Shown here piece after piece: positions 17,615-25,943 of a stretch of DNA of 32,383 bases (positions are counted from its first letter, which is position 1; the number at the start of each line of letters is the position of its first letter). The notes below the pieces were generated by a model. That model had not been told where the DNA came from. It saw nothing but the letters and a program-made list of their open reading frames with translations, and did not search any database. The stretch comes from an uncultured Bdellovibrionales bacterium. Lineage in GTDB: Bacteria > Patescibacteriota > Minisyncoccia > Moranbacterales > UBA9337. The stretch lies in NCBI GenBank assembly GCA_964603325.1, contig CAZRUH010000005.1, positions 1-32,383 on the forward strand, read 5' to 3'. The translations under genes and the position numbers were made by a program.

Positions 17615-20113
17615 TTAAATTATTTCTTTAAACCTTGCCCTTTCCATTATCTCCTTATTTACTATAGCAACATCTCTCCCATACTTCAAACGAGAAATCT
17701 CTTTTAAATATTTGACTATTTCAGGGTTTCCATCACTTGGCGGATATGTTTTTATGTTAAAAGGCTTGGTAGTCTCATTATTTATCAACAATTTAACAAA
17801 TCCGTTATAATTATCAACATTAACCAAGTCCGTTGCCTTAAATATCGGCTCAAATTGTTTTTCTAAAAACTCCGCATCTTCCGGACCAACTCTAAACGCG
17901 CACAATGATCCCACATTGCCGAAAACCGCTTTGGAAATTTCCTCACTTAATTGACCGATAAACTGATGCGCAATAATTAAATTTAACTTATATTTTCTGG
18001 CCTCGGAAAGAATTTGCGATATTGAATCTGTGGTTACATTTTGAAATTCATCAATATACAGATAATAATCTTCTCTTTTTTCTTCAGGAATATTTACCCT
18101 GGACAATGATGCCATTAATATTTTTCCAACCATAACCATTCCCAAGAGATGGCTGTTTATTTCCCCTATTTTACCTTTAGATAAATTTATAAGCAAAATT
18201 TTCTTTTCATCCATAATTTTTCTAAAATTAAGAGTGCTTTTTTGCTGAGCAATTATGGAACGCATCATATCATTGGAAATAAAAGTTGTTAATTTTGAAG
18301 TAATATAAGGAACCATATTGGCCAAAGCCGCTTCTCCTCCCGCTTTTTCAGCTTCTTTAATCCAAAAATCTTTAACAACGGGATTGTTACAATGTTTTAA
18401 TTTCATTCTTCTAAAATCCTCATCGGCCAAAACTTTTGGTATTTCCATTAACGTTGACCCTGACTCCGGATGTTCCATTGCCAAAAGCATTGCATTCCTC
18501 GCATACTGCTCAAACATTGGACCTCCCGTTTGTTTTAAATCATAGAGTTTGTCAAAAATACTAATCATTTCATTAATCACAAAACTTTTTTCTTCCGGTT
18601 TTTCATATTCTAACATATTTAGTCCCAACGGTCGTTCCGTATCAGAAGGATCAAATATTATAACATCTTCCGCTCGTTCTTTGGGAACGGCTGTTAAAAT
18701 ATCTTCTACCGCGTCACCATGAGGATCAATGAAACAAACTCCTTTACCGTTACGCACATCTTGCTTTGCCATTTCCTGCAAAAAGGTGGATTTACCTGTG
18801 CCGGTTTGTCCAATCGTATAAAGATGCCTCCTTCTGTCATTATCGGAAATTCTTATTTCCGTATTTACTCCGCGATAATTATTGTAACCAAGTAAAATTC
18901 CTTCTTCGGGAATATCAACCGGTGGGGGTGCTGATCCGGACTTTAACCATTTTATTTTCGGAGTTTCCGTAGTAGAAATCGGAAAATGAAAAATACTTGC
19001 TATTTCCGCTGTGCTCAAAATTACACTGTTTTCCTTTTCAAAATTTCTAAAAATATAATTAAATGAAACTTCTTTTTCTTTTGTTCTTTTCTTCACCTGA
19101 AAGTAATTTATCTCTGAATTTTCAAACTGAGAAAATGAATTTTCCATTTGTGATAAAATTTCTTCCGCCCTTTCTTGCGTATCAGCAGATGCCAATAGCC
19201 TAATATTTGTATAAAAACCGGTTTTATTTGCCTTATCTTCAATGCTTTTAACCAATTCTTGCTCTTCAGGCGTTAATTGCACAATATTTTCATTATCTAC
19301 CGGAAACTCCTCACCACCACTTTTACTTGAACCAAATAAAATAGATACTATTTCATTGATTGCTCCAAAAAATCCCTTTACAAAACTTTTTGCAAAAGAA
19401 TTGGAATGAACATCTTTCAGTTGTTTGCCCTGTTGCATTTTATGAGCAATTGAATGACCCAATTTTTTCCACCTGTTTTTTGCGGGTACAATGACCAATT
19501 GAACGGCCGCGCCCTCCTTTTCCGTTTTAAATTTACTTAAAGAATTGGTTATTTCATTAAGAGGATCCACCTTCATATCTTCGTAAGTTTTTAACGGTAA
19601 AGCATACTTATTCTTTAATTCCAAAACAGCTGTTGCCGTAAAACTTTTCGGAGAAAAAATAGAATAATCGGAAACTTTTTCTATGGAAGCATTTGGGAAA
19701 AAACTGTGAATTTGCTTTTCTATGCTTTCTCTGAATTTTTTGGCAATAGCGACAAAAAAGAATATCTCTTCACTGTTGGACGGATTTGCTATTTCAAAAG
19801 ATATATAGGGAGCATTATAGAAAATACTCAGAAACCAATTGTTTTTTCTTTTAAGTTTTGCTAAAGTCGTTAACAATTGCTCCATTGCGCCAACTTCATC
19901 TTTCCAATCGCCCCCTTCTTTGGAAACATTCGTCACCTCATCACCACTTATTTTTGTTACCTTGATAATTTCCAAGTCCATATTCAAAGAATAGTTTATT
20001 TGGGCGCGAAATTTCAAAAAACTTCGCAACAACAAAAACAAGCCACTCACCAAAGATAGCGTCCCAAAAAATACAAGCGACCAATTGATAAAAACTTTCA
20101 ATACTTCCTCCAT
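17615..20113 (-). CDS. VirD4/TraG/TrwB-like type IV secretion coupling ATPase (FtsK-HerA superfamily) with N-terminal membrane anchor
   Basis: N-terminal TM; DRRRHLYTIGQTGTGKST (Walker A), IDPHGD, NLSKGKIGE, LYIDEFQN (Walker B), LSEARKY, AHQFIGQL, FRVGPEDA. Confidence 0.88.
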   Translation of the reverse strand: MEEVLKVFINWSLVFFGTLSLVSGLFLLLRSFLKFRAQINYSLNMDLEIIKVTKISGDEVTNVSKEGGDWKDEVGAMEQLLTTLAKLKRKNNWFLSIFYNAPYISFEIANPSNSEEIFFFVAIAKKFRESIEKQIHSFFPNASIEKVSDYSIFSPKSFTATAVLELKNKYALPLKTYEDMKVDPLNEITNSLSKFKTEKEGAAVQLVIVPAKNRWKKLGHSIAHKMQQGKQLKDVHSNSFAKSFVKGFFGAINEIVSILFGSSKSGGEEFPVDNENIVQLTPEEQELVKSIEDKANKTGFYTNIRLLASADTQERAEEILSQMENSFSQFENSEINYFQVKKRTKEKEVSFNYIFRNFEKENSVILSTAEIASIFHFPISTTETPKIKWLKSGSAPPPVDIPEEGILLGYNNYRGVNTEIRISDNDRRRHLYTIGQTGTGKSTFLQEMAKQDVRNGKGVCFIDPHGDAVEDILTAVPKERAEDVIIFDPSDTERPLGLNMLEYEKPEEKSFVINEMISIFDKLYDLKQTGGPMFEQYARNAMLLAMEHPESGSTLMEIPKVLADEDFRRMKLKHCNNPVVKDFWIKEAEKAGGEAALANMVPYITSKLTTFISNDMMRSIIAQQKSTLNFRKIMDEKKILLINLSKGKIGEINSHLLGMVMVGKILMASLSRVNIPEEKREDYYLYIDEFQNVTTDSISQILSEARKYKLNLIIAHQFIGQLSEEISKAVFGNVGSLCAFRVGPEDAEFLEKQFEPIFKATDLVNVDNYNGFVKLLINNETTKPFNIKTYPPSDGNPEIVKYLKEISRLKYGRDVAIVNKEIMERARFKEII

Positions 20114-20120
20114 AAAAAAA

Positions 20121-20564
20121 CTAATATTCTTTTATTAATCCTTTTTCTATTAACATTTTTCGCAATTTATCCACTAAAAGACTGTCGTGTAATCTATCTA
20201 GAACATAATTATCATCTAGATGCTTGGCAACTTTGATAGCATAAACCACACTTTTGTTTGTTGCCAAGTCCACTAAGCTGTTAATTTGACTTTCTGCATC
20301 TACTTGTTTGGATATTTTCTTAGCATCCATCACTATTGATTCTTCATCTTGATTTGATTTGCCGGCTGTTTTTTTAATCTTGCCCAATATTCTGTGATAG
20401 GCAGACTCTTTTTCAGCAATTGCAACCTCGTCAAAGCGCTCACTCTCCTTTTCTAATATTTTTTTCTTAGATTTACCATTATTCTCTTTTTTTTCTGAAA
20501 CTAACTTTTTTTCTCCAATTTTTGCACTCTCACTACTTTGAATTATTGTTTTTTCATCAGACAT
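20121..20564 (-). CDS. Hypothetical protein (147 aa): charged N-half, helical C-half
   Basis: Tightly packed in the run (7 and 18 nt gaps); C-terminal AIKVAKHLDDNYVLDRLHDSL resembles small proteins I associate with CPR VirD4-like genes (recollection, unverified). Confidence 0.75.
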   Translation of the reverse strand: MSDEKTIIQSSESAKIGEKKLVSEKKENNGKSKKKILEKESERFDEVAIAEKESAYHRILGKIKKTAGKSNQDEESIVMDAKKISKQVDAESQINSLVDLATNKSVVYAIKVAKHLDDNYVLDRLHDSLLVDKLRKMLIEKGLIKEY

Positions 20565-20582
20565 ATTTTTAAAATTAAGTCT

Positions 20583-20888
20583 TTAAATTGCTTCCCTTAG
20601 CTCTTTTTTTAAGTCTTCAACGATTTTTTCCACCACAGCATTATAATTATCAATTTTGGTATTCAAAAAACTTTCAATATCCTCAGCGCTTGCCTCGCTT
20701 TCCAACATAAATCTAAATTCCTCGGCATTTTTATTATCCAATTTATCTATGGTTTCAACAAAAATTTTTTTTAAAAGCAGTTCTCCAATTTTTGCCAAAA
20801 CATCATCTCGTTTATCTTCGGGCAATTTATCCAATCCAAGTTCATTTAATATTTTTGTTGTTATATTGCTTTCATTTTTTTTATTCAT
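20583..20888 (-). CDS. Small acidic helical protein, DUF5663-like
   Basis: ILNELGLDKLPEDKRDDVL...IESFLNTKIDNYNAVVEKIVEDLK pattern; 101 aa; tight packing. Confidence 0.75.
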   Translation of the reverse strand: MNKKNESNITTKILNELGLDKLPEDKRDDVLAKIGELLLKKIFVETIDKLDNKNAEEFRFMLESEASAEDIESFLNTKIDNYNAVVEKIVEDLKKELREAI

Positions 20889-20903
20889 ATTTTTGTTTTA
20901 AAA

Positions 20904-23900
20904 TTATTTCTTAGAAACGATATCGTTTAAATCTTTTTTTACTTCATCCAGCAATCCTCTGTCGTAAGCAAATTTTGTTAATCTTAACAACCACTTATCA
21001 ACATTTTCTCCCGGTTTGGCAAATAATGAAAACTTCTTTGACATTTCTGAATAGAATTCTCTAAAATTCTCATTTAATTCCGATGTTGCCAAATGGTTTT
21101 TCATTTCATTCCATTTATGTACATTAAAGCCTGCCAATTCACTTTTTAAATCTCTGGCTTCATAATTTATAACACTTGCCAAATAATCAATATAATCCTC
21201 TCCCGACATTTCAGCCAAACTCATATTTTTTGGCAATTTATCAAAGTCAATTTGACGAAAAAATTCCCCCAAAGTAATCTTTGAAGGATCCAGCGCTTTT
21301 TCACCGAACATTCCCCACAATCTTTTAATTCTTATATCGGTAATATTGGCAACGGGAACATCATTTAAACGAGCATATTGAGCGGGCGTAAAACCTAATC
21401 CATAAGCAATTTTTAATTCCGATCCGGTTATATTTCTATGGGCGATTAAATTTGGATTAAGTATCTCTTTTTTAATTTCTTTTCCGGATATTGCCTCAGT
21501 GCGATCATTTGTTTGGATATTCTCCTTAACATCGGCGGAATTAACCACTTTAACATTTTCTTGCACATTATGTTCAACACTATGCGTATCACTCAAGTTC
21601 TCATCGCCCAAAGGTCTTGGTTCCAATATATCATCTTTGTTGGAAGTATTTTCAATATGTTCATAATCACCACCATGATTATGATTGGGAATAATTTCAT
21701 CTTTGCGATAATAATTATCCATTAACTTTTTTATTTTCTCATCATTAACGCTTCCATGGGTTTCATTTTGCACATTACCAAGTTGATGATCTTGTTGCTG
21801 AATATGATAATTATCGCCTTTAAAATATTTGCTCAATAGGTCAGCGCCAACAAAAGTTCCCAAAGCCATCCCACCGGCCATAATCGTTCGCCAATTTCGC
21901 CAATATTTCTCATTCTGTATTCTTTCACTCAGTTCTTCATTTTTTTGTGTTAACCATCTATCCAACTCATCTATATTTTTTCCGGATTCAAAAGTGGCAC
22001 CATAAGATCTAAGAACTTTCTTGATTTCTTTCTCATCTTGACTCATTCTTTTTTTCTCCGCCATAACTTCCAAAAATTGTTTATATCCGACAGCGGAAAC
22101 AGCCACCGAAAAAACCTTAAATGCGGGATTTCCAATCATCCCAAATTCCTTCAACATCTTGCCCGTAATTAACATCCCTGAAACAATTCCAACCCCCTTA
22201 GTTAAACCCTTAAAGCCAAACAATTCCGATATTTTGTCTCCCGGCCATTTTCTCATTTTTCTATATCTATCCACCGCTCCGAGTATAAACTTTTTAAAAA
22301 CTTCATACTCGGGATTATTCTCCATAGCTATATCAAGTCTGTCATTACGCCATCTTAATTGTTCATACACTTGAAACTCGTATGCCAAAATCTCCGCATC
22401 CTCTCTGTCTTTGACGGCTTCCAACTCTAAAATTGCCTTTTTATAATTCTCTCTGGCCTTTTCATAATCTTTTTTGTAAAATTCCAATTCTTTTTCAAAG
22501 CCATCCATTTTAAATGTTTTGCCAAAAAAGCGTCTAATCCCGCCGAGTCTTCTATCCATTTGATAGTCCTTTTCCAAATATTTTTTTCTTGCTTGATTTG
22601 ATTGTTCTCCAAGCAACATCAAAACCCTGTCTTTTAATTTCGCTTTGTTATATGCTTCCTGTAAATTTTTTGACACTGACATTTTTCCCGTGATAATATC
22701 TTTAACTTCAGGATTGTTTTCAATGATACTGTTTAATTTTTTTTCCAACTCATTATCAACTGCTTTAATATTCCTCCGTTCTGTTATTTCCGCATCGTCC
22801 TTGTTTGCGACCGGTTTTCGCTCCTTTTGAATACTTCTTTTTGCATCTCGCCCATCAGCTCCTCCCGGAGATATTATTTCTTTTTCTTTTTCTTTTTTAT
22901 TTTTTCCCTCCATTCCCACTTCTTTACTTGGATTGCTCTCCTCATCAATAATATTATTCGCGCTTCCATCTTCAGTTTTCATTTTCTTTACACTTCCTTC
23001 TCCCTTTTTAACCGCTTTTATTTTTTTTGGTTTACCCTCAACATATAATCTTCTTACAAATCCTTTTTTATTAACCAATTCTTTAAACTCGGAAACGGTA
23101 ATTTTTTTCCTCTCTCCGTTTATTGATATAAGAACTTTATCATCCTCCTCATTGTTTTTCACCAAATAATTAAGCAAAGTAAACTCTTCTGAAACTACCT
23201 CTTTACCATCAATTTCTCTTTTTAAAATATACTTTTCTCCCTTTTCTCCATAAACCCCAAAAAAACCTTCTTTTCTTTTTCTTTTTGCCTTTCTATTTCT
23301 TTCGGCAATAACATCAATATCTCTCACAATAAAATCAATATCTTTTCTTTTCACCTTGACTTTATAAAAAACATCAGGTGTTATTTCCTCTTTTTTAATG
23401 TTTTCCAATCCTTTCACCACTTCATCCAACCTCTCTTTGTATCTATCTCTGATTTCTTTTTTGGCTATATCTTCAATTGATGATAAACCTTTTCGGTACC
23501 AAAAAATTATATGATTAATATCAGCTTTGATTTTATTTTTATAATTTTTGTGTCTTCCATTTATAGTGTATTCATTGCTAAATTTTTTGAAAGACTTGTC
23601 TTGCTTATTTCCCTTGTCATCATAAAAAACAACTCTAACACCATCCTCACTAACAATATATTTTTCAACTATAATTGTTCCCTTGTTTGTATACAAAACT
23701 CGACCTTCTTTGGCAAACTTTCTGGCTTCTTGCAATTGCGCATTCTCTATTTTTGATCTCTCGCCGTCAATATCTTTTGCAGATAATTCTTTAACTTCTC
23801 CATCATCCTTTTCTTTTTTTGCGCCAACATTAAAAAAAACTTCTCTAACACTATTTTTGAATCCTTCTGAAACGGTAAAATTATCTATGCTTTTTAGTTT

Positions 23901-24197
23901 TCCGAGCGCACTGTTTACTTTTTTCTTAAACTTTTCTAATGAAATTTCTTCTTCACCGGACAGATTTATAACTATTTCTTGTAATTTTTTGAAACTTTTT
24001 AAAGCTCTCTGTTGAGGATCTTTCCTATAACTTCCGACCGCCTTTTTAAAAAAATATTCATTATCCGCAAACAGCTCCTCTATCCAAAGTGCGGGACTCT
24101 TCTTTTCCTCTTGTTTATTTTCTTGTTTGTTCTTCACTCCAAGTATTTCTTTTTCATCCAAATCTTTAATTTGTTGTCCGTTTTCTTTTTTCGCCAT
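20904..24197 (-). CDS. Large hypothetical protein (1097 aa) with charged N-half, coiled coils and Gly/Ala-rich hydrophobic segments; candidate secreted or membrane-inserting protein
   Basis: Long open frame; ATG 24197 chosen because the track's TTG start at 24254 lies upstream of a TGGTATAAT promoter motif; no signal peptide; hydrophobic segments at about 22080-22220 and 21835-21893. Confidence 0.85.
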   Translation of the reverse strand: MAKKENGQQIKDLDEKEILGVKNKQENKQEEKKSPALWIEELFADNEYFFKKAVGSYRKDPQQRALKSFKKLQEIVINLSGEEEISLEKFKKKVNSALGKLKSIDNFTVSEGFKNSVREVFFNVGAKKEKDDGEVKELSAKDIDGERSKIENAQLQEARKFAKEGRVLYTNKGTIIVEKYIVSEDGVRVVFYDDKGNKQDKSFKKFSNEYTINGRHKNYKNKIKADINHIIFWYRKGLSSIEDIAKKEIRDRYKERLDEVVKGLENIKKEEITPDVFYKVKVKRKDIDFIVRDIDVIAERNRKAKRKRKEGFFGVYGEKGEKYILKREIDGKEVVSEEFTLLNYLVKNNEEDDKVLISINGERKKITVSEFKELVNKKGFVRRLYVEGKPKKIKAVKKGEGSVKKMKTEDGSANNIIDEESNPSKEVGMEGKNKKEKEKEIISPGGADGRDAKRSIQKERKPVANKDDAEITERRNIKAVDNELEKKLNSIIENNPEVKDIITGKMSVSKNLQEAYNKAKLKDRVLMLLGEQSNQARKKYLEKDYQMDRRLGGIRRFFGKTFKMDGFEKELEFYKKDYEKARENYKKAILELEAVKDREDAEILAYEFQVYEQLRWRNDRLDIAMENNPEYEVFKKFILGAVDRYRKMRKWPGDKISELFGFKGLTKGVGIVSGMLITGKMLKEFGMIGNPAFKVFSVAVSAVGYKQFLEVMAEKKRMSQDEKEIKKVLRSYGATFESGKNIDELDRWLTQKNEELSERIQNEKYWRNWRTIMAGGMALGTFVGADLLSKYFKGDNYHIQQQDHQLGNVQNETHGSVNDEKIKKLMDNYYRKDEIIPNHNHGGDYEHIENTSNKDDILEPRPLGDENLSDTHSVEHNVQENVKVVNSADVKENIQTNDRTEAISGKEIKKEILNPNLIAHRNITGSELKIAYGLGFTPAQYARLNDVPVANITDIRIKRLWGMFGEKALDPSKITLGEFFRQIDFDKLPKNMSLAEMSGEDYIDYLASVINYEARDLKSELAGFNVHKWNEMKNHLATSELNENFREFYSEMSKKFSLFAKPGENVDKWLLRLTKFAYDRGLLDEVKKDLNDIVSKK

Positions 24198-24233
24198 AAT
24201 TTTATAATTAAAAGTATTCCTTTTGATTTTCAA

Positions 24234-24242
24234 ATTATACCA
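24234..24242 (-). promoter_or_regulatory. Extended -10 promoter (TGGTATAAT) for the long minus-strand run
   Basis: Exact TGnTATAAT in a divergent intergenic region, 36 nt upstream of ATG 24197. Confidence 0.7.
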
Positions 24243-24266
24243 CAACTTTATCAATTAGACAAAAAG

Positions 24267-24281
24267 TGTTATTATTATAAT
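24267..24281 (+). promoter_or_regulatory. -10 region (TGTTATTAT followed by TATAAT) for the GT-C gene pair
   Basis: TGTTATTATTATAAT about 35 nt upstream of ATG 24317 in the divergent intergenic region. Confidence 0.5.
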
Positions 24282-24316
24282 CGGTAATGATTTTTAAAAT
24301 TAAAAAATAACAAAAA

Positions 24317-25933
24317 ATGAAAACAAAAACCATAGGAAAAATAATTCCTCTTATACTGATATTTGTCTTGGCTGTTTTTGTGCGTTTGTACAATATCAAT
24401 TTTGTTCCGAGCGGAGTCTATCCTGATGAAGCGGTTAATGGCATAGACGCCTTAAAAACTTTCTATTCCGGAAATTATAAATGGTTCTACACCGACAACA
24501 ACGGACGAGAGGGATTGTTTATGAATTTAATAGCGCTATCCTATCATTTGTTTGGAATAAGTATATTGGGATTAAAATTTCCCTCCATAGTTTTCGGCTC
24601 CCTATCTGTTTTGGGAAGTTATTTTCTTACTAAAGAACTGTTTCGCAGTCATAGGGCGGGACTTCTTGTGGCATTTTTTATCGCCACATCTTTTTGGTCA
24701 ATAAATTTTTCTCGTATCGCATTTCGCGCAATTATGCTTCCCACCATTTTAACTTTCTCCTTTTATTTTCTTTTTCGCGGAATCAGAAATAATAAGTCTT
24801 TTAAACTTGAAAAAATAAAACAATTCTTTTATTTTTCTTTATCGGGCTTTATTTTCGGTGTGGGATTACATACCTATATTGCCTTTCGTATTGCGCCGGC
24901 GATTTTATTTATCTTATTCGTGGCCCTTTGGATAACCAAGAAAAATTTTTTAAAAGATTATTGGTTACCCGGTTTGTTTTTTATAATATTTTCAATAATT
25001 TCAATGTCCCCGATGCTCTTGGATTTTTATCACCACCCCGAGCATTTAACTTCTCGTTCCGGAGAAATTTCCATTTTCTCTTCGGCTATGAATCACGGAC
25101 ATTTTTTAAAAACAGCCGGAAAAAGTTTAGGATTAAGTCTAGTTAAGTATTCTTTTTGGGGTGATCAAAATTGGAGACATAACTACCCCCCATATCCAAT
25201 TCTTAATCCACTATTGGGAGTGGCGTTTTTGATTGGCTTAATATATATAATATCAAAATGGTTTCATTTGTTATTTTTGAGATTTAAACATAATATAAGA
25301 GATCGCAAATTTTATGTTTACAGCTTTCTTTTGGCTTGGTTTTTTGGAATGCTATCTCCGGAATTTTTAAGCGCCGAGGGCTTGCCTCACGCTCTTCGCG
25401 CCATAGGAACACTTCCGCCAACCTATATGATTGTAGCTATTCCTTTTCTTTGGACTTTTGGAAAAATTGACAATCTTAAAAATCAACATGGATTTAGATC
25501 TATTGTCATATCATCCATATTTATAATTTTATTGTTTATCGGAGTCAGCAATATTATAAAATATCACTATTTTTGGGCGAAAAACAAGCATCAAGCGATC
25601 GCTTTTGAATCAAGTTTGATGAATGTTTCCGATTATTTAAAAACTTTACCAAAAAATAAAAAGAAAATTATCATAGCCGGAAATATGCAAATTATTCCGA
25701 TAAAACTGTTTAACTATAAAATGCCAAACACCTACAGAATACATCCGGATAACTTAAATCACATTACCTCCAAGTTGCCAAAATCGTTTTCAGACGGTTA
25801 TATATTTATTTTAACCGATAATCAAAAATGGATTGTAGATAAACTTATTAATACTTATCCAAATTTAAAATTTAAAAAATTTAAAAAAGTAATCAATGAG
25901 CAACCGCAAACTATTTGGACGGTTCAAAAATAA
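24317..25933 (+). CDS. GT-C fold membrane glycosyltransferase (ArnT/PMT-like)
   Basis: VRLY..YPDE motif after the first TM, NNGREGLF, many TMs, NFSRIAFR, PHALR, soluble C-terminal domain. Confidence 0.85.
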   Translation: MKTKTIGKIIPLILIFVLAVFVRLYNINFVPSGVYPDEAVNGIDALKTFYSGNYKWFYTDNNGREGLFMNLIALSYHLFGISILGLKFPSIVFGSLSVLGSYFLTKELFRSHRAGLLVAFFIATSFWSINFSRIAFRAIMLPTILTFSFYFLFRGIRNNKSFKLEKIKQFFYFSLSGFIFGVGLHTYIAFRIAPAILFILFVALWITKKNFLKDYWLPGLFFIIFSIISMSPMLLDFYHHPEHLTSRSGEISIFSSAMNHGHFLKTAGKSLGLSLVKYSFWGDQNWRHNYPPYPILNPLLGVAFLIGLIYIISKWFHLLFLRFKHNIRDRKFYVYSFLLAWFFGMLSPEFLSAEGLPHALRAIGTLPPTYMIVAIPFLWTFGKIDNLKNQHGFRSIVISSIFIILLFIGVSNIIKYHYFWAKNKHQAIAFESSLMNVSDYLKTLPKNKKKIIIAGNMQIIPIKLFNYKMPNTYRIHPDNLNHITSKLPKSFSDGYIFILTDNQKWIVDKLINTYPNLKFKKFKKVINEQPQTIWTVQK

Positions 25934-25943
25934 TTTTAAACAT

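Noticed and set aside
17615-20113. Conjugative element or ICE, or HerA-type defence system
   Set aside because: No relaxase, integrase, att repeats, nuclease or Sir2 partner; the gene is embedded among housekeeping genes with similar composition.
24198-24254. TTG-initiated N-terminal extension of the large ORF
   Set aside because: Spans the TGGTATAAT promoter motif; ATG 24197 fits better.
2769-24287. Numerous short plus-strand ORFs (and a few off-frame minus-strand ORFs) overlapping the minus-strand genes
   Set aside because: Phe/Leu/Ile/Ser-rich translations typical of the antisense of Lys/Glu/Asn-rich genes; no motifs; almost entirely overlapped by well-supported CDSs.
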